IMG/VR virus record: IMGVR_UViG_3300045988_148533
Location: 39,304-103,303 of that record
From: a virus
Length of the DNA: 64,000 nt
Direction: 5' to 3' (one strand)
Part shown: positions 25,093 to 34,537 of the stretch, piece by piece
Numbering within the stretch: position 1 is the first letter of the stretch
How the letters are laid out: each line of letters opens with the position of its first letter
The notes under the pieces: model-generated
The model's database searches: none
What the model saw: the letters and a program-made list of their open reading frames with translations, nothing else
What the model was told of the DNA's origin: nothing
Program-made: the position numbers and the translations under genes

Positions 25093-26556
25093 TTATTTCT
25101 GACAATATATTAGATTTTCCTTTGCTCTCGTTATACCCACGAACTTCAAACACTTCTCCGCATACAGCTCCAGTTCCGTGCTTGCATACTTGCTCGGCAG
25201 CAGCTCCGGACACAGAAAGTACACGTTTCTCGCCTCAAGCCCCTTGGATTTGTGTATAGTGCTGAGTATTATTCCAGTATTGTCGGCATTCGCGACAAAT
25301 ATCTCATGTATCTTGCTGCGCACCGTATCAAGGTCTCCAAAGTAGTCATACAGGTCGAGAAGGATAGCCACCTTCTCATCAGCCTTCTCATACTTCTCCG
25401 TCTTCATGGGGTTCTTCACACCTTTCTTCATCAGCTTGCGTATAATGTCATCAAGCATCCTTTCAAAGTCATAGATGGAGCCAACGCTGTCTATCATACC
25501 TACAAGCTCGTCGCCCAGTTCCTTTCCAAGAATCGTGCATTTCTTTCCCTTCTTGATTAACTTCAGAAAAGCCTCCACCAGAGGTGCATTGTTGCGACAT
25601 ATAATGTAGTCACCGCCCTCAGCGTTCATGTAGTCACCGTAGGACACAGAACCCTTAATTGCATTGGGGGCTGAGAATATCTCTCCTGGAAACACCTTTG
25701 CAGCCTCATCGACTATGTCCATGGCGCATCGGTAGGTGACGCTCAACGGTAGAACTACTGTATTCGGTGCATTCTGTATCTCGTGCAGGCTGTCCAGATT
25801 GCTGCCCATAAAGGAGTATATGCTCTGCTTCGCATCCCCGACGGCAACAGTGCGTCCGTGAGGAGTTCGAAGCTTCTTTACAAGAGAATACTGCAAAGGA
25901 GAAATATCCTGACTCTCGTCAAGCATCACTACATTGTAGTGCTTCATGTCGCTGTCCTCCAAATATTTCACTGTATAGTACAGCATATCAGTGTAGTCCA
26001 TCGTGAGCTTGCCTGAACATCCTCCGGCAAAGAATCGCTCCATGTCGGCAGTATCCTTCATATACAGCTTGATGGCACGTTCCGCAATATCCTCATTGAC
26101 ATCCTCACCGTACCTGTCTGCAAGTGCTATAATATCAGGCACATCCGGTGCCACAAGATTAAACCTCATCAGGTCATATATTCGGGATATCTTCATGCAC
26201 AGTCCCGGAATTCTCTTAGGGTGGACACCCTTCCAGTCAAGCCCCTTTTCTGCAATGGTAAAGTACTTTGCCTCGTTCACCGCTATGTTGCAGTGATATG
26301 CCTTCAAAAAAGAGGACAGGCCGCACGAGTGCAGTGTGCTCGCCTTTACAGTACTCGGCAGGCGACTGGATAGTTCCTCCGCTATTGACTTGTTGAACGC
26401 CAAGAAGATAGCTCTGCGAGCAGGAGGCGTGGCGTTCGCGAGCTGCACAAGAGTAGTAGTCTTGCCGCTCCCTGCTGTGGCACTCACGAATATGTTCTTG
26501 TTCGTGGTGCGATATGTATCCAGAACTTTCTGTTGGTATTTGTCTAACTTCATCAT
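25093..26556 (-). CDS. UvrD/Rep-family SF1 DNA helicase
   Basis: Walker A SATAGSGKTTTL, plus VMLDESQDISP, VTYRC and TIHKSKGLE. Confidence 0.8.
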   Translation of the reverse strand: MMKLDKYQQKVLDTYRTTNKNIFVSATAGSGKTTTLVQLANATPPARRAIFLAFNKSIAEELSSRLPSTVKASTLHSCGLSSFLKAYHCNIAVNEAKYFTIAEKGLDWKGVHPKRIPGLCMKISRIYDLMRFNLVAPDVPDIIALADRYGEDVNEDIAERAIKLYMKDTADMERFFAGGCSGKLTMDYTDMLYYTVKYLEDSDMKHYNVVMLDESQDISPLQYSLVKKLRTPHGRTVAVGDAKQSIYSFMGSNLDSLHEIQNAPNTVVLPLSVTYRCAMDIVDEAAKVFPGEIFSAPNAIKGSVSYGDYMNAEGGDYIICRNNAPLVEAFLKLIKKGKKCTILGKELGDELVGMIDSVGSIYDFERMLDDIIRKLMKKGVKNPMKTEKYEKADEKVAILLDLYDYFGDLDTVRSKIHEIFVANADNTGIILSTIHKSKGLEARNVYFLCPELLPSKYASTELELYAEKCLKFVGITRAKENLIYCQK

Positions 26557-26571
26557 GGCCCAATTAACGTA

Positions 26572-27114
26572 TCAAGGCTGCACCCCAAAGGCATCCTCCC
26601 GACTTATTCTTATATTCTCATGCCCATCAGCTATCAAGTCCTCATCATAGAAGTCCTGCTGCCGATAGTCTGCAAGGGCATCCGCACAGGCATTGCCGTA
26701 TATAATGTCATCGCACAGGTCAGCACCGTGGCCTCTAACCCATGTCACTCTAAAGTTCACCCCTGCTGTTCGCCTTGTTTCCATAGCAGCCACTATCCTC
26801 TTCCACAGGTCGCTGTTCGCCACACCCTGCCATCCGTTCAGTCTCCACTTGCGAATCCACCCCCTGCGGAAGGCGTTTACAAGGAACTGACTGTCGCAGT
26901 AGATGGTGACATTGCAGGGCAGTGTGCCGTCTATCGCCTCTATTCCCCTCAATAAGGCCATCATTTCCATTCGAGGAGTAGTAGTATTCCACCACCCACC
27001 ATGCATCGCTATAATGCGCCTTTTTGACACAATATAGACACCCCACCCTCCATAGTGATGAGGTTCCTTGGCATTACAGCTGCCGTCAGTAAATATGCTA
27101 ATCTCTTGCTTCAT
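26572..27114 (-). CDS. rnhA: ribonuclease HI
   Basis: FTDGSC, MEMMALL, IYCDSQ and HG...NACADALA supply the DEDD catalytic pattern. Confidence 0.85.
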   Translation of the reverse strand: MKQEISIFTDGSCNAKEPHHYGGWGVYIVSKRRIIAMHGGWWNTTTPRMEMMALLRGIEAIDGTLPCNVTIYCDSQFLVNAFRRGWIRKWRLNGWQGVANSDLWKRIVAAMETRRTAGVNFRVTWVRGHGADLCDDIIYGNACADALADYRQQDFYDEDLIADGHENIRISREDAFGVQP

Positions 27115-27334
27115 CAGGTAGTTCCCTAAATTTCAGGTTGTGAATCACTTCCCACCCACCGCATCGCAGTGCGTCTTCAACACTCATGGTGCTGCGTACC
27201 TGAATTATTTCCTTGACCTGTGTCAACTGGCCCTTTCTACTCCTTGAGCCGAAGAATCTAACCTTGTAGAACTTACTATTATTTTCCATGCTTAGAACTA
27301 AATATTCTGAATAACCTCTCTCTGTCACCCTCAA
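27098..27334 (-). CDS. hypothetical protein
   Basis: 78-aa ORF. It overlaps both neighbours, so its status is less certain. Confidence 0.35.
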   Translation of the reverse strand: MRVTERGYSEYLVLSMENNSKFYKVRFFGSRSRKGQLTQVKEIIQVRSTMSVEDALRCGGWEVIHNLKFRELPDEARD

Positions 27335-28940
27335 CCCCTCTGTTAATAGTGCTGACGACCTGCTCCTTGTTGTATATTGTCTCCATCATTTCAACATCTA
27401 TCGTTCGGCTGTTCATCAGGTAGGTGACATTGATGCTGCCTTTCTGACCCATGCGCTCAAGTCGGGAGGTTGTCTGCTCCATCTCGGTGGATGTATCCGG
27501 CAGCTCAATGTAGAACAGATTACTGCACACCTCCTGCAGACCGTCAGTGCCTGTGCCTGCTGACTGAATATTAGCAAACAGCAGACGAAATTCTCTATTC
27601 CTGAACCTATTGACAATATCGTGCTTCTGCTTTGGAGAAATGCCACCCTGTATCACAGGGCTGCTGAATTCATCTGCCAGCACCTGCAACGGCTCTCGAT
27701 GCACACCGAAAACAACCAGAGAAACACCTTCATTGGCCTCCAACCACTCCGCTATGTATTTCTTGATAAAATTCAATTTGCCCTTAATGCTTAACTGCCT
27801 AAGTGTGTTTAACATAACAAGATACGGTGCATTAACGGCTCCAGCCACCTTATCCACGTCATTCTCCTGTAAATAGGTAACTACATCACTCTCAGCATCA
27901 AGGTATTCCACCATATTGCTGATAGGGGTATCAATCACCTGTTCCACGAGAGGAGGCAGTTCATCCAGTACCTCTCTCTTGTTGCGACGAATATACCCTC
28001 CCATAGTCAGCAGCACGTACAGCTCCTCCAAATTGCAGCTGCCGGAACAGTCCATCCCAAACTGCGTTCTGCGTGCGTTGCAGTACCGGAAGTTGAATGC
28101 CGTCACCGAGCCGAACATCTCATCAAATCTGCGTAGAACCTTATAGGGCATAATCAGCTCTGAAGGTCTGTTCTGAGTAAGCGTACCTGTCAACCCCCAC
28201 ACGTTCGGAATGCGCCTGCAAATCTGCATAGTGAGCTTTGTCCGGATGGCCTTGCGACTCTTTAGGAAGTGAATCTCGTCTATTATGCAGCTTCCCCACA
28301 TTCGCTTGATAAGTTCCTTAAACTTCACCTTTGGCTTCTCAGTCTTCTCTCGTGCGTACAGGTTGTCATAGTTAATCACAACTACATCAGCAGCCCAGTC
28401 GTTCTGCTTATTACTGCTGTCTATGACACTCACACTCCGGTCGGGCTGCACCCTGCCCCACTCGTCTCTCCAGTTGAACTTCACTGATGCAGGGGTTATG
28501 ACAAGACACGGAAACACGCTTAGGAGCTCAACGGTTATTATCGCCTGCGTCGTCTTACCGAGACCACAGTCATCACCGTTGATACAGTTACCGTGATTCA
28601 CCATATAGGCTATGCCCTCAGCCTGATACAGTCGAGGCATTCTTCTAAGATTAAGTCCGGAGCAGGCCATAAGCACCCCCTCGGCATCAATAATGGGCTG
28701 AGGCTCAGCATATTCAAGAACCCTTCTGGAAGGTGTATAGACACGACCCTCTACGAAATGATTGTCCTCAAGCCACTTGCGCAACGGTGCAACTGTCGTC
28801 AAGGAATATGGAATATACCACTCCCTGTTCTCAGGGTTGTAGGCTGCTCCAGAAAACTTCTTAACCTCTCTGACAAGCTGCTCAGAATAGGAAAATCCTA
28901 TATAGTAATAGCCGTCCTCTATGTAGTAGTACCGCTTCAC
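27279..28940 (-). CDS. SNF2-family helicase/translocase
   Basis: Motifs GDDCGLGKTTQAI, IIDEIHFLKS, LTGTLTQNR and QSAGTGTDGLQ. Confidence 0.85.
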   Translation of the reverse strand: MKRYYYIEDGYYYIGFSYSEQLVREVKKFSGAAYNPENREWYIPYSLTTVAPLRKWLEDNHFVEGRVYTPSRRVLEYAEPQPIIDAEGVLMACSGLNLRRMPRLYQAEGIAYMVNHGNCINGDDCGLGKTTQAIITVELLSVFPCLVITPASVKFNWRDEWGRVQPDRSVSVIDSSNKQNDWAADVVVINYDNLYAREKTEKPKVKFKELIKRMWGSCIIDEIHFLKSRKAIRTKLTMQICRRIPNVWGLTGTLTQNRPSELIMPYKVLRRFDEMFGSVTAFNFRYCNARRTQFGMDCSGSCNLEELYVLLTMGGYIRRNKREVLDELPPLVEQVIDTPISNMVEYLDAESDVVTYLQENDVDKVAGAVNAPYLVMLNTLRQLSIKGKLNFIKKYIAEWLEANEGVSLVVFGVHREPLQVLADEFSSPVIQGGISPKQKHDIVNRFRNREFRLLFANIQSAGTGTDGLQEVCSNLFYIELPDTSTEMEQTTSRLERMGQKGSINVTYLMNSRTIDVEMMETIYNKEQVVSTINRGVEGDRERLFRIFSSKHGK

Positions 28941-30856
28941 ATTCCTATCTCCTTTGCAAAATTTTCCCTTGTTACTATTCTTATGCCGCGCTCCTGAGCC
29001 TTTTTCATCTTGGACGAAGTGCTGTCCATGCTTGCCACGACGAGCACGGTGCAGTCCTTTGTGACGCTTGGTACGACTCTATGCCCCTGTTTCAGCAGAG
29101 AGGCTTCCATGGAGCCGTCACGAAATCCAGTCATACATACCACCATTTGATTCTCAGCCTTAACGGCTTCTTCCTTGGCATCAATGATTACAGTATAGGG
29201 GAATTCGGGGTTATTCCTCATAAAATCATCATAACGCTCGCAACCCGTCAAAAAGGCGTCCACGAATGACTCACCTATGCCGTCTATGTCCAGCAGTTCC
29301 TCAACTGCCTGTTCATACGTTCTTGACGCTGCATATATGCGAGGGTCGCCCGTTTCACACAATATCTTATGTGCTATGTTTTCGGCTATTTTACCGCCAA
29401 AGACATTCAGGGCTGTCATAATACGTGACAGGGGTTGTTCCTTCTGTATTGACGCTGAAATGGCCGAAAAAACATTCATGCCGCGCACCTTTCCAAATAT
29501 CTTCTGCAATGCCGGAATCGTGGCACCGAGAACATCCATTAGGGTAATGTATCCATTGTCATACAGTGTCCCAACTGTCGGCTCACCGAAGCCTTCCACA
29601 CCCAGTGTCTTGAAGAAATACACCATGCCGGAAACGGCTCTCTGCCGACATTCTGGATTATAACATACAAGATTAACACTGTTGTCATCCCACTGCATCA
29701 CCCTGCCACATGACGGACATATCTGCATATCATTCATCTGCTGTGTATAGGAAGGCACGGGCCAGCTCAGTGTGTTCACGTGCTTAGGTATCACATCGCC
29801 TGAACGACAGATTTCTATGAGTGCTCCAGGACACACGCCATTATTGGAGATATAGCGAGCATTATACCCCGTACAGCATGACACTGTAACACCGTTCATG
29901 ACAACAGGTTCAATCACTATAACTGGACTGTAAATGCCGTCCTTGCTTATATTGCCCGTAACTCGCACGACCTTTGCAGTATATATGTCACACCACTCGG
30001 GACGCTTGAACGCCACGGCATAGCGAGGATTACCATTCGGCAGTCTACCCAGCCCCTCTCTGACACCCTGCTCATCAACTTCCAGCACAACCCCATCAAT
30101 GGTAAATTCTTGACCCATTTCATGATGGACATTGTCCAAATACCCCTCCAGCCCACTTGCACCCAAATTGAGAAGCAAGTTTACGAGAACACGCCTGTAC
30201 GGGGTTGCACCGTCCTTGAACTCACCCTGCATTCTTCGTATTATTTCAGATTTACTGCCTTCAGCGTCAGCACCATAGCGAACGAATTTTACAGCATCTA
30301 TATGCGTATTGCTGAACCCCTTGGGACTGTTAAGTATGCCCGCAACCATATTTCGAGCATTCTTATACCCAGCACCTTTTTCCTGTAATTCAGCAAATTT
30401 CCTCTTAGGAATAATGGCCTCACCCCACACGTGATGAAAAACACCGGAACCCCAACCACTATCCATCATGGAAAAATGCCTGTCACAGTTCTGCCCCTCA
30501 ACACCGTCACCGCGAGTCCACGCTCTATGGTTTACGTCATCAGTGAGCAGACTCACACCGTCATACTTGGGGGTAATGACGACATACTTGCAGCCAGCCT
30601 TCTGCATGGACTGGAGCCATGCAAGGAGCTTGCGACCTGTCTTAATCTTCTCAAGAGAGAACATGGGTACGGGTAGAGGTTCCATTCTTTCGTCAGCCTT
30701 TTCCACTATGCCCGACGCAAAGAATTCATCGTTAGGAGAAGCCTTGCGCAGTTTCTCAACCAATTCATCATATTCATTGTCACTTATGACAGGCTCGCCT
30801 CTGCGATATGCCTCATTGTACCTTACAAGCTGTTCTCTAAGTTCTTCAATTTTCAT
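28937..30856 (-). CDS. ligA: NAD-dependent DNA ligase
   Basis: - N-terminal Ia-like block NEAYRRGEPVISDNEYD.
- Adenylation site ITPKYDGVS.
- Zn-finger CPSCG...CYNPEC.
- BRCT-like C-terminus. Confidence 0.9.
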   Translation of the reverse strand: MKIEELREQLVRYNEAYRRGEPVISDNEYDELVEKLRKASPNDEFFASGIVEKADERMEPLPVPMFSLEKIKTGRKLLAWLQSMQKAGCKYVVITPKYDGVSLLTDDVNHRAWTRGDGVEGQNCDRHFSMMDSGWGSGVFHHVWGEAIIPKRKFAELQEKGAGYKNARNMVAGILNSPKGFSNTHIDAVKFVRYGADAEGSKSEIIRRMQGEFKDGATPYRRVLVNLLLNLGASGLEGYLDNVHHEMGQEFTIDGVVLEVDEQGVREGLGRLPNGNPRYAVAFKRPEWCDIYTAKVVRVTGNISKDGIYSPVIVIEPVVMNGVTVSCCTGYNARYISNNGVCPGALIEICRSGDVIPKHVNTLSWPVPSYTQQMNDMQICPSCGRVMQWDDNSVNLVCYNPECRQRAVSGMVYFFKTLGVEGFGEPTVGTLYDNGYITLMDVLGATIPALQKIFGKVRGMNVFSAISASIQKEQPLSRIMTALNVFGGKIAENIAHKILCETGDPRIYAASRTYEQAVEELLDIDGIGESFVDAFLTGCERYDDFMRNNPEFPYTVIIDAKEEAVKAENQMVVCMTGFRDGSMEASLLKQGHRVVPSVTKDCTVLVVASMDSTSSKMKKAQERGIRIVTRENFAKEIGM

Positions 30857-30858
30857 AT

Positions 30859-31095
30859 CTAAATATTTTTACAGTTCCTAATCTCTGACACCATCCTTCC
30901 CCTTACTCTAACGGTACTCACCATATATAAACAGTTTTCCTCGGCTTCATCCCATACCCAATAAAGGGTGCTCACCCCATTGTATTTCATTATGTCTCTA
31001 CTCATACTGCGAGCCATACGAGCTGCCTCACGAGGGGTTGAAGCCTCCACTGGGAAACTTTCACCGCCATTTAGATTAATAATGAATCGTGCCAT
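30859..31095 (-). CDS. hypothetical protein
   Basis: 78-aa ORF whose ATG lies 26 nt downstream of a cassette -7 box. Confidence 0.45.
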   Translation of the reverse strand: MARFIINLNGGESFPVEASTPREAARMARSMSRDIMKYNGVSTLYWVWDEAEENCLYMVSTVRVRGRMVSEIRNCKNI

Positions 31096-31104
31096 AATGC
31101 TTAT

Positions 31105-31172
31105 CGTTTTGTTTTACGATGCAAATATGGCACGAATTTTATGAAAAACCAAGAAAAATCCTGAAAACTTCA
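31105..31172 (-). promoter_or_regulatory. phage promoter cassette copy (-7 box CATATTTG)
   Basis: The minus strand reads GAAGTTTTCAGGATTTTTCTTGG-N19-CATATTTGCATCGTAAAACAAAACGAT. Confidence 0.65.
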
Positions 31173-32651
31173 TTAATCCACAGGCTGGCCGTCACGCAGC
31201 CATTTATTCGCCTGCATACAGTACATGGCATCTTCATGAGGGTCGTCAGTGTCCACGAGGTCATAGCCCCATCCTTCCCTCTCCTCGGGCGAGGCGGCCT
31301 GAAATCTGCGCTTGAATTCCTTGTCACTTTCATCGGGAACAAAATTCCTGAACGACTTTTCAATTTTTTCTGTCATAACAAAATCCTTTTTATTTAAAAA
31401 CTGTTTAAACTTCTCCTTATCAAGAATTGCAGGTTTTTTAGTGGAATCAAAGATTAACTCTGGATTCTTACCTGTATTATCATATAACTTCACATCATCA
31501 ACAATTCCATCATTCAGTAGTCTTATAAATGTTTCAGTGGAACCCTTGTGTGTCTTAATTATTTTATCAAGAGGCACTTTTCTATTTGTTTTCTGTGCTC
31601 TTTCTTGAGCTCTCTTAATTGCTTCCTCAACAGGAATGGTAACATGAACAATCCTTGTTTCATACCCCTTATTTTTAGCTGCTAATATCTGCTTCTTCAC
31701 CTTATCATAGTTGGCCAGAGTACCATCCTTAACATAATCATTTTCAGCAGCCTGTATCGCTTCTACTGCTTTTGTGGCAACTTTGCTGCTTTCATCATGC
31801 AATCGACTGGCAGCACTATCTTTATTCTGTGCATTATAAGCCAAAAAATCAGAATAGTAGGCTTCTGTCTTAATATCATCACTGTCAACAACTACCACTT
31901 TATTATAAAATCTATCCTTCTGCTTCAGTCCATCCAGAACAGTTGACTTTCCGGACCCTGAACCACCACCTGTAAACACGGCTATCGGCTTCTCAGGGTT
32001 ATATCTCGAACTCTTAGCTACATAGGAAGCTACTATTTCACTGTTGAACTGCTGCCTGTTCTCATCGTTGGCATATTCATCCAAAGAAAAAGTGTCATAA
32101 TCAAGACCCTTCTCTTTATATTTCGCATTCTTCTCCTTCAAGTACTCATCAGGCTTCTCACCCCTATAAAACCCCCACCTCTTAAATGTCTGGCCGTGCT
32201 CCGTAACCTTACGATAGCCATAGAACACACCCTTGAATCCAAGAGTGTAATAAATCTCATTTATTGTCTGAAGTGGGTTATGCCTATTGAAATGAATCTC
32301 ATCCATAACCCTGTGAGCACTTGTTACGGAATGGTCACTGAAGCGCACCTTTGCCTCTCTGCCGTTAGCGGACACTGTATAATAAACTGATGCTCCATTG
32401 GCAGTGCTCTCTCCGGAAGGTCTAATGCTCACACCCCTGAGATTATTGAGGAATTTCTTAGAAGAATCCTTTATCCGTGTAAGCTCAGCACGCTTTCTGT
32501 TTTCCTGCAACATCCATTCCTCTCTTTCAGCCTGTGCTCTTGTCTTATAGGGCTGGCCGACTCGATGCAGTCTGCGATTCTCAGCGTTATCAGCATAGAC
32601 ACCCTGTCTGGTTCTGGATTTTAATATATGTATGTCAAGTAAACTTTTCAT
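31173..32651 (-). CDS. zeta-toxin/PNK-like P-loop kinase with ~230-aa unknown N-terminal domain
   Basis: Walker A AVFTGGGSGSGKSTV followed by VVVVDSDD. The start was moved from the track TTG (32672) to the ATG at 32649-32651. Confidence 0.5.
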   Translation of the reverse strand: MKSLLDIHILKSRTRQGVYADNAENRRLHRVGQPYKTRAQAEREEWMLQENRKRAELTRIKDSSKKFLNNLRGVSIRPSGESTANGASVYYTVSANGREAKVRFSDHSVTSAHRVMDEIHFNRHNPLQTINEIYYTLGFKGVFYGYRKVTEHGQTFKRWGFYRGEKPDEYLKEKNAKYKEKGLDYDTFSLDEYANDENRQQFNSEIVASYVAKSSRYNPEKPIAVFTGGGSGSGKSTVLDGLKQKDRFYNKVVVVDSDDIKTEAYYSDFLAYNAQNKDSAASRLHDESSKVATKAVEAIQAAENDYVKDGTLANYDKVKKQILAAKNKGYETRIVHVTIPVEEAIKRAQERAQKTNRKVPLDKIIKTHKGSTETFIRLLNDGIVDDVKLYDNTGKNPELIFDSTKKPAILDKEKFKQFLNKKDFVMTEKIEKSFRNFVPDESDKEFKRRFQAASPEEREGWGYDLVDTDDPHEDAMYCMQANKWLRDGQPVD

Positions 32652-32659
32652 ATCCGAGG

Positions 32660-32702
32660 CAAATATAGTCAATAATTACGATTACTCCAAGAAAATTCTC
32701 GA
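32660..32702 (-). promoter_or_regulatory. promoter cassette copy placed 8 nt from the ATG
   Basis: The minus strand reads GAGAATTTTCTTGG-N19-TATATTTGCCTCGGAT followed by ATG. Confidence 0.55.
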
Positions 32703-33323
32703 TTAATCCGTACTTGTCATATTCTGGTACATTTCTATCTTCATAGCGGAATATATGGCTTCCACATTGGTATATGCTCTGCCGTTGTTCTCACCGTTAG
32801 GATTGTAAATTTCCCCCTCAACGACATTTGCAACCTTTTCCACCCACTTTGGAGAAGTGTATGCTGACAGTTTCTTACCCCTGAAGAAAAAGGCATCAAA
32901 CTTGCTATTGCGGTCGTCATGTATGTTCTGGAGCATTCTACGAATCTTCTTTGCCGTAGCCTCTCTGTCCTTGATATGGTTCTCCTCCCGAACTTTCTTA
33001 ATAAGACGACACACTTTCTCAATTGAAAGGTCGAATGCTATGCTCGTCACAGTCTTCATCCTAAGCAGCGTCTCGGGCATAAGCCCCTCAGAAATGCTTG
33101 CCAACTGCTCATTCTGACTCTTAGCCTCCTCAAGAAGCTCCATAAGCGTGGACTTCTGAGAATCAAAGGTGCTGTTTATTATCTTCATGAACCACTTAAA
33201 GAGGAACACCCACATGATGGCTGTCAGTACAAGAAAGAATCCGGCAGTGACAGCCAACATACCGAATTCGCTTATATGCCTGCCTGTTTCCAGTGCGGAG
33301 CCGATTACATTTGTTGTATCCAT
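32703..33323 (-). CDS. membrane-anchored hypothetical protein
   Basis: The N-terminal TM is FGMLAVTAGFFLVLTAIMWVFLF, and the remainder looks helical. Confidence 0.5.
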   Translation of the reverse strand: MDTTNVIGSALETGRHISEFGMLAVTAGFFLVLTAIMWVFLFKWFMKIINSTFDSQKSTLMELLEEAKSQNEQLASISEGLMPETLLRMKTVTSIAFDLSIEKVCRLIKKVREENHIKDREATAKKIRRMLQNIHDDRNSKFDAFFFRGKKLSAYTSPKWVEKVANVVEGEIYNPNGENNGRAYTNVEAIYSAMKIEMYQNMTSTD

Positions 33324-33350
33324 TATATAACTTTTTATTCATTGATTATA

Positions 33351-33381
33351 CAAATGTAACTGGCTCAATGCCCCCTGCAAA
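33351..33381 (-). promoter_or_regulatory. Bacteroidota-type promoter (TTTG-N19-TACATTTG)
   Basis: The minus strand reads CTTTGCAGGGGGCATTGAGCCAGTTACATTTGTATAATC, about 25 nt upstream of the ATG at 33323. Confidence 0.55.
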
Positions 33382-33394
33382 GCCTCAGTTCAAA

Positions 33395-33712
33395 TCACCT
33401 GTTTATATCACACTTTGTAATCCAGTAGTAGTCATCCGTACCGAACTGCATCGTCACCTTAGGGATGGACTGTGTCCTTTCCATAAGCACCTGATTTGAA
33501 AATCCTATCGGGAAATTTGACTCATACTGCTCAACAAGCACGGTTATATCTCTTGCACCGTCCACACGGCTGAACATAACCCTGCCGTCCTTAGGGGAGA
33601 AGCTGTCCACAATAAATGCTCTATAAGCACCCATCAGATTCACAATCAACATTGTAACATCACAGCGCATCGCAATGTTCTTGCACGTATCAAAGAAATT
33701 ACTGTTTATCAT
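33395..33712 (-). CDS. hypothetical protein
   Basis: 105-aa ORF. Confidence 0.45.
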   Translation of the reverse strand: MINSNFFDTCKNIAMRCDVTMLIVNLMGAYRAFIVDSFSPKDGRVMFSRVDGARDITVLVEQYESNFPIGFSNQVLMERTQSIPKVTMQFGTDDYYWITKCDINR

Positions 33713-34040
33713 ATCCTATACCCTTGCTTATCATTCTTTTACGATTCTCATGTATCTCATCCTTATTGATACCCTTCTGGTATCTCTTTAGGAGAATTTC
33801 ATGCTTCTGTGCATCAGACAGCCCACTGAAGCTGTCAACATACACCTGCCCCATCACAAATCCATCAGTGAGCCCATACAGTACTTTCTCACATCCACAC
33901 ACAGGACACCTGTTGTTCTTCACAACAGGCCTCATCTCACTGCTTTCCCTGTCCCACTTAAAGGAACCACCCTTAATCTCATTAAGAACGTTATACTCAG
34001 AACATTCCTCATTCTGACAGTACGTGTACCACCTTTTCAT
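33699..34040 (-). CDS. zinc-ribbon protein
   Basis: Paired cysteines: CQNEEC ... CPVCGC. Confidence 0.5.
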   Translation of the reverse strand: MKRWYTYCQNEECSEYNVLNEIKGGSFKWDRESSEMRPVVKNNRCPVCGCEKVLYGLTDGFVMGQVYVDSFSGLSDAQKHEILLKRYQKGINKDEIHENRKRMISKGIGYDKQ

Positions 34041-34537
34041 CTGTAATTCCTCCTTGCATACTCTGCTATCAATAGGCTGTCCGTTAGATTGTCATCAGGC
34101 TTTGTGCATCTTTCACCTCTTCTAAGGTCATGACTGGGAAACAGGCTGCGAGCTGCCATGACGGACATGACTTTCTTGTCCACATTGGGCTTTACGCCTA
34201 CATACATCTCCTTCTGCCACTTCTTAGGAGAAATGAGCACGACTGGAAAGCCCACCATGATGAACCCCATCCTGAGGGCATAGCAGATTCCACCGAATGT
34301 GAACGTTGCACTTGCAGCACTTCCCGGAATTGCATGAACATTCTCTATTGCTACAAGTGTTGATTCCGTGTCCATATTCTCTGCAAGACACAGGATAAGC
34401 TCACTCAGTGCGTGCAGGTCCACCTCATTTTTCTTTGTTGGGATGGGATAATGGGTTATACCACCGTCATCAGTCATGACGGTGATAAACCCCTTCTTTC
34501 CGGGGTCAACCCCTATAATGTTCTTATATCTAATCAT
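34037..34537 (-). CDS. RuvC-like Holliday junction resolvase
   Basis: IIGVDPGKKG and VAIENVHA carry the acidic catalytic residues. Confidence 0.7.
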   Translation of the reverse strand: MIRYKNIIGVDPGKKGFITVMTDDGGITHYPIPTKKNEVDLHALSELILCLAENMDTESTLVAIENVHAIPGSAASATFTFGGICYALRMGFIMVGFPVVLISPKKWQKEMYVGVKPNVDKKVMSVMAARSLFPSHDLRRGERCTKPDDNLTDSLLIAEYARRNYR

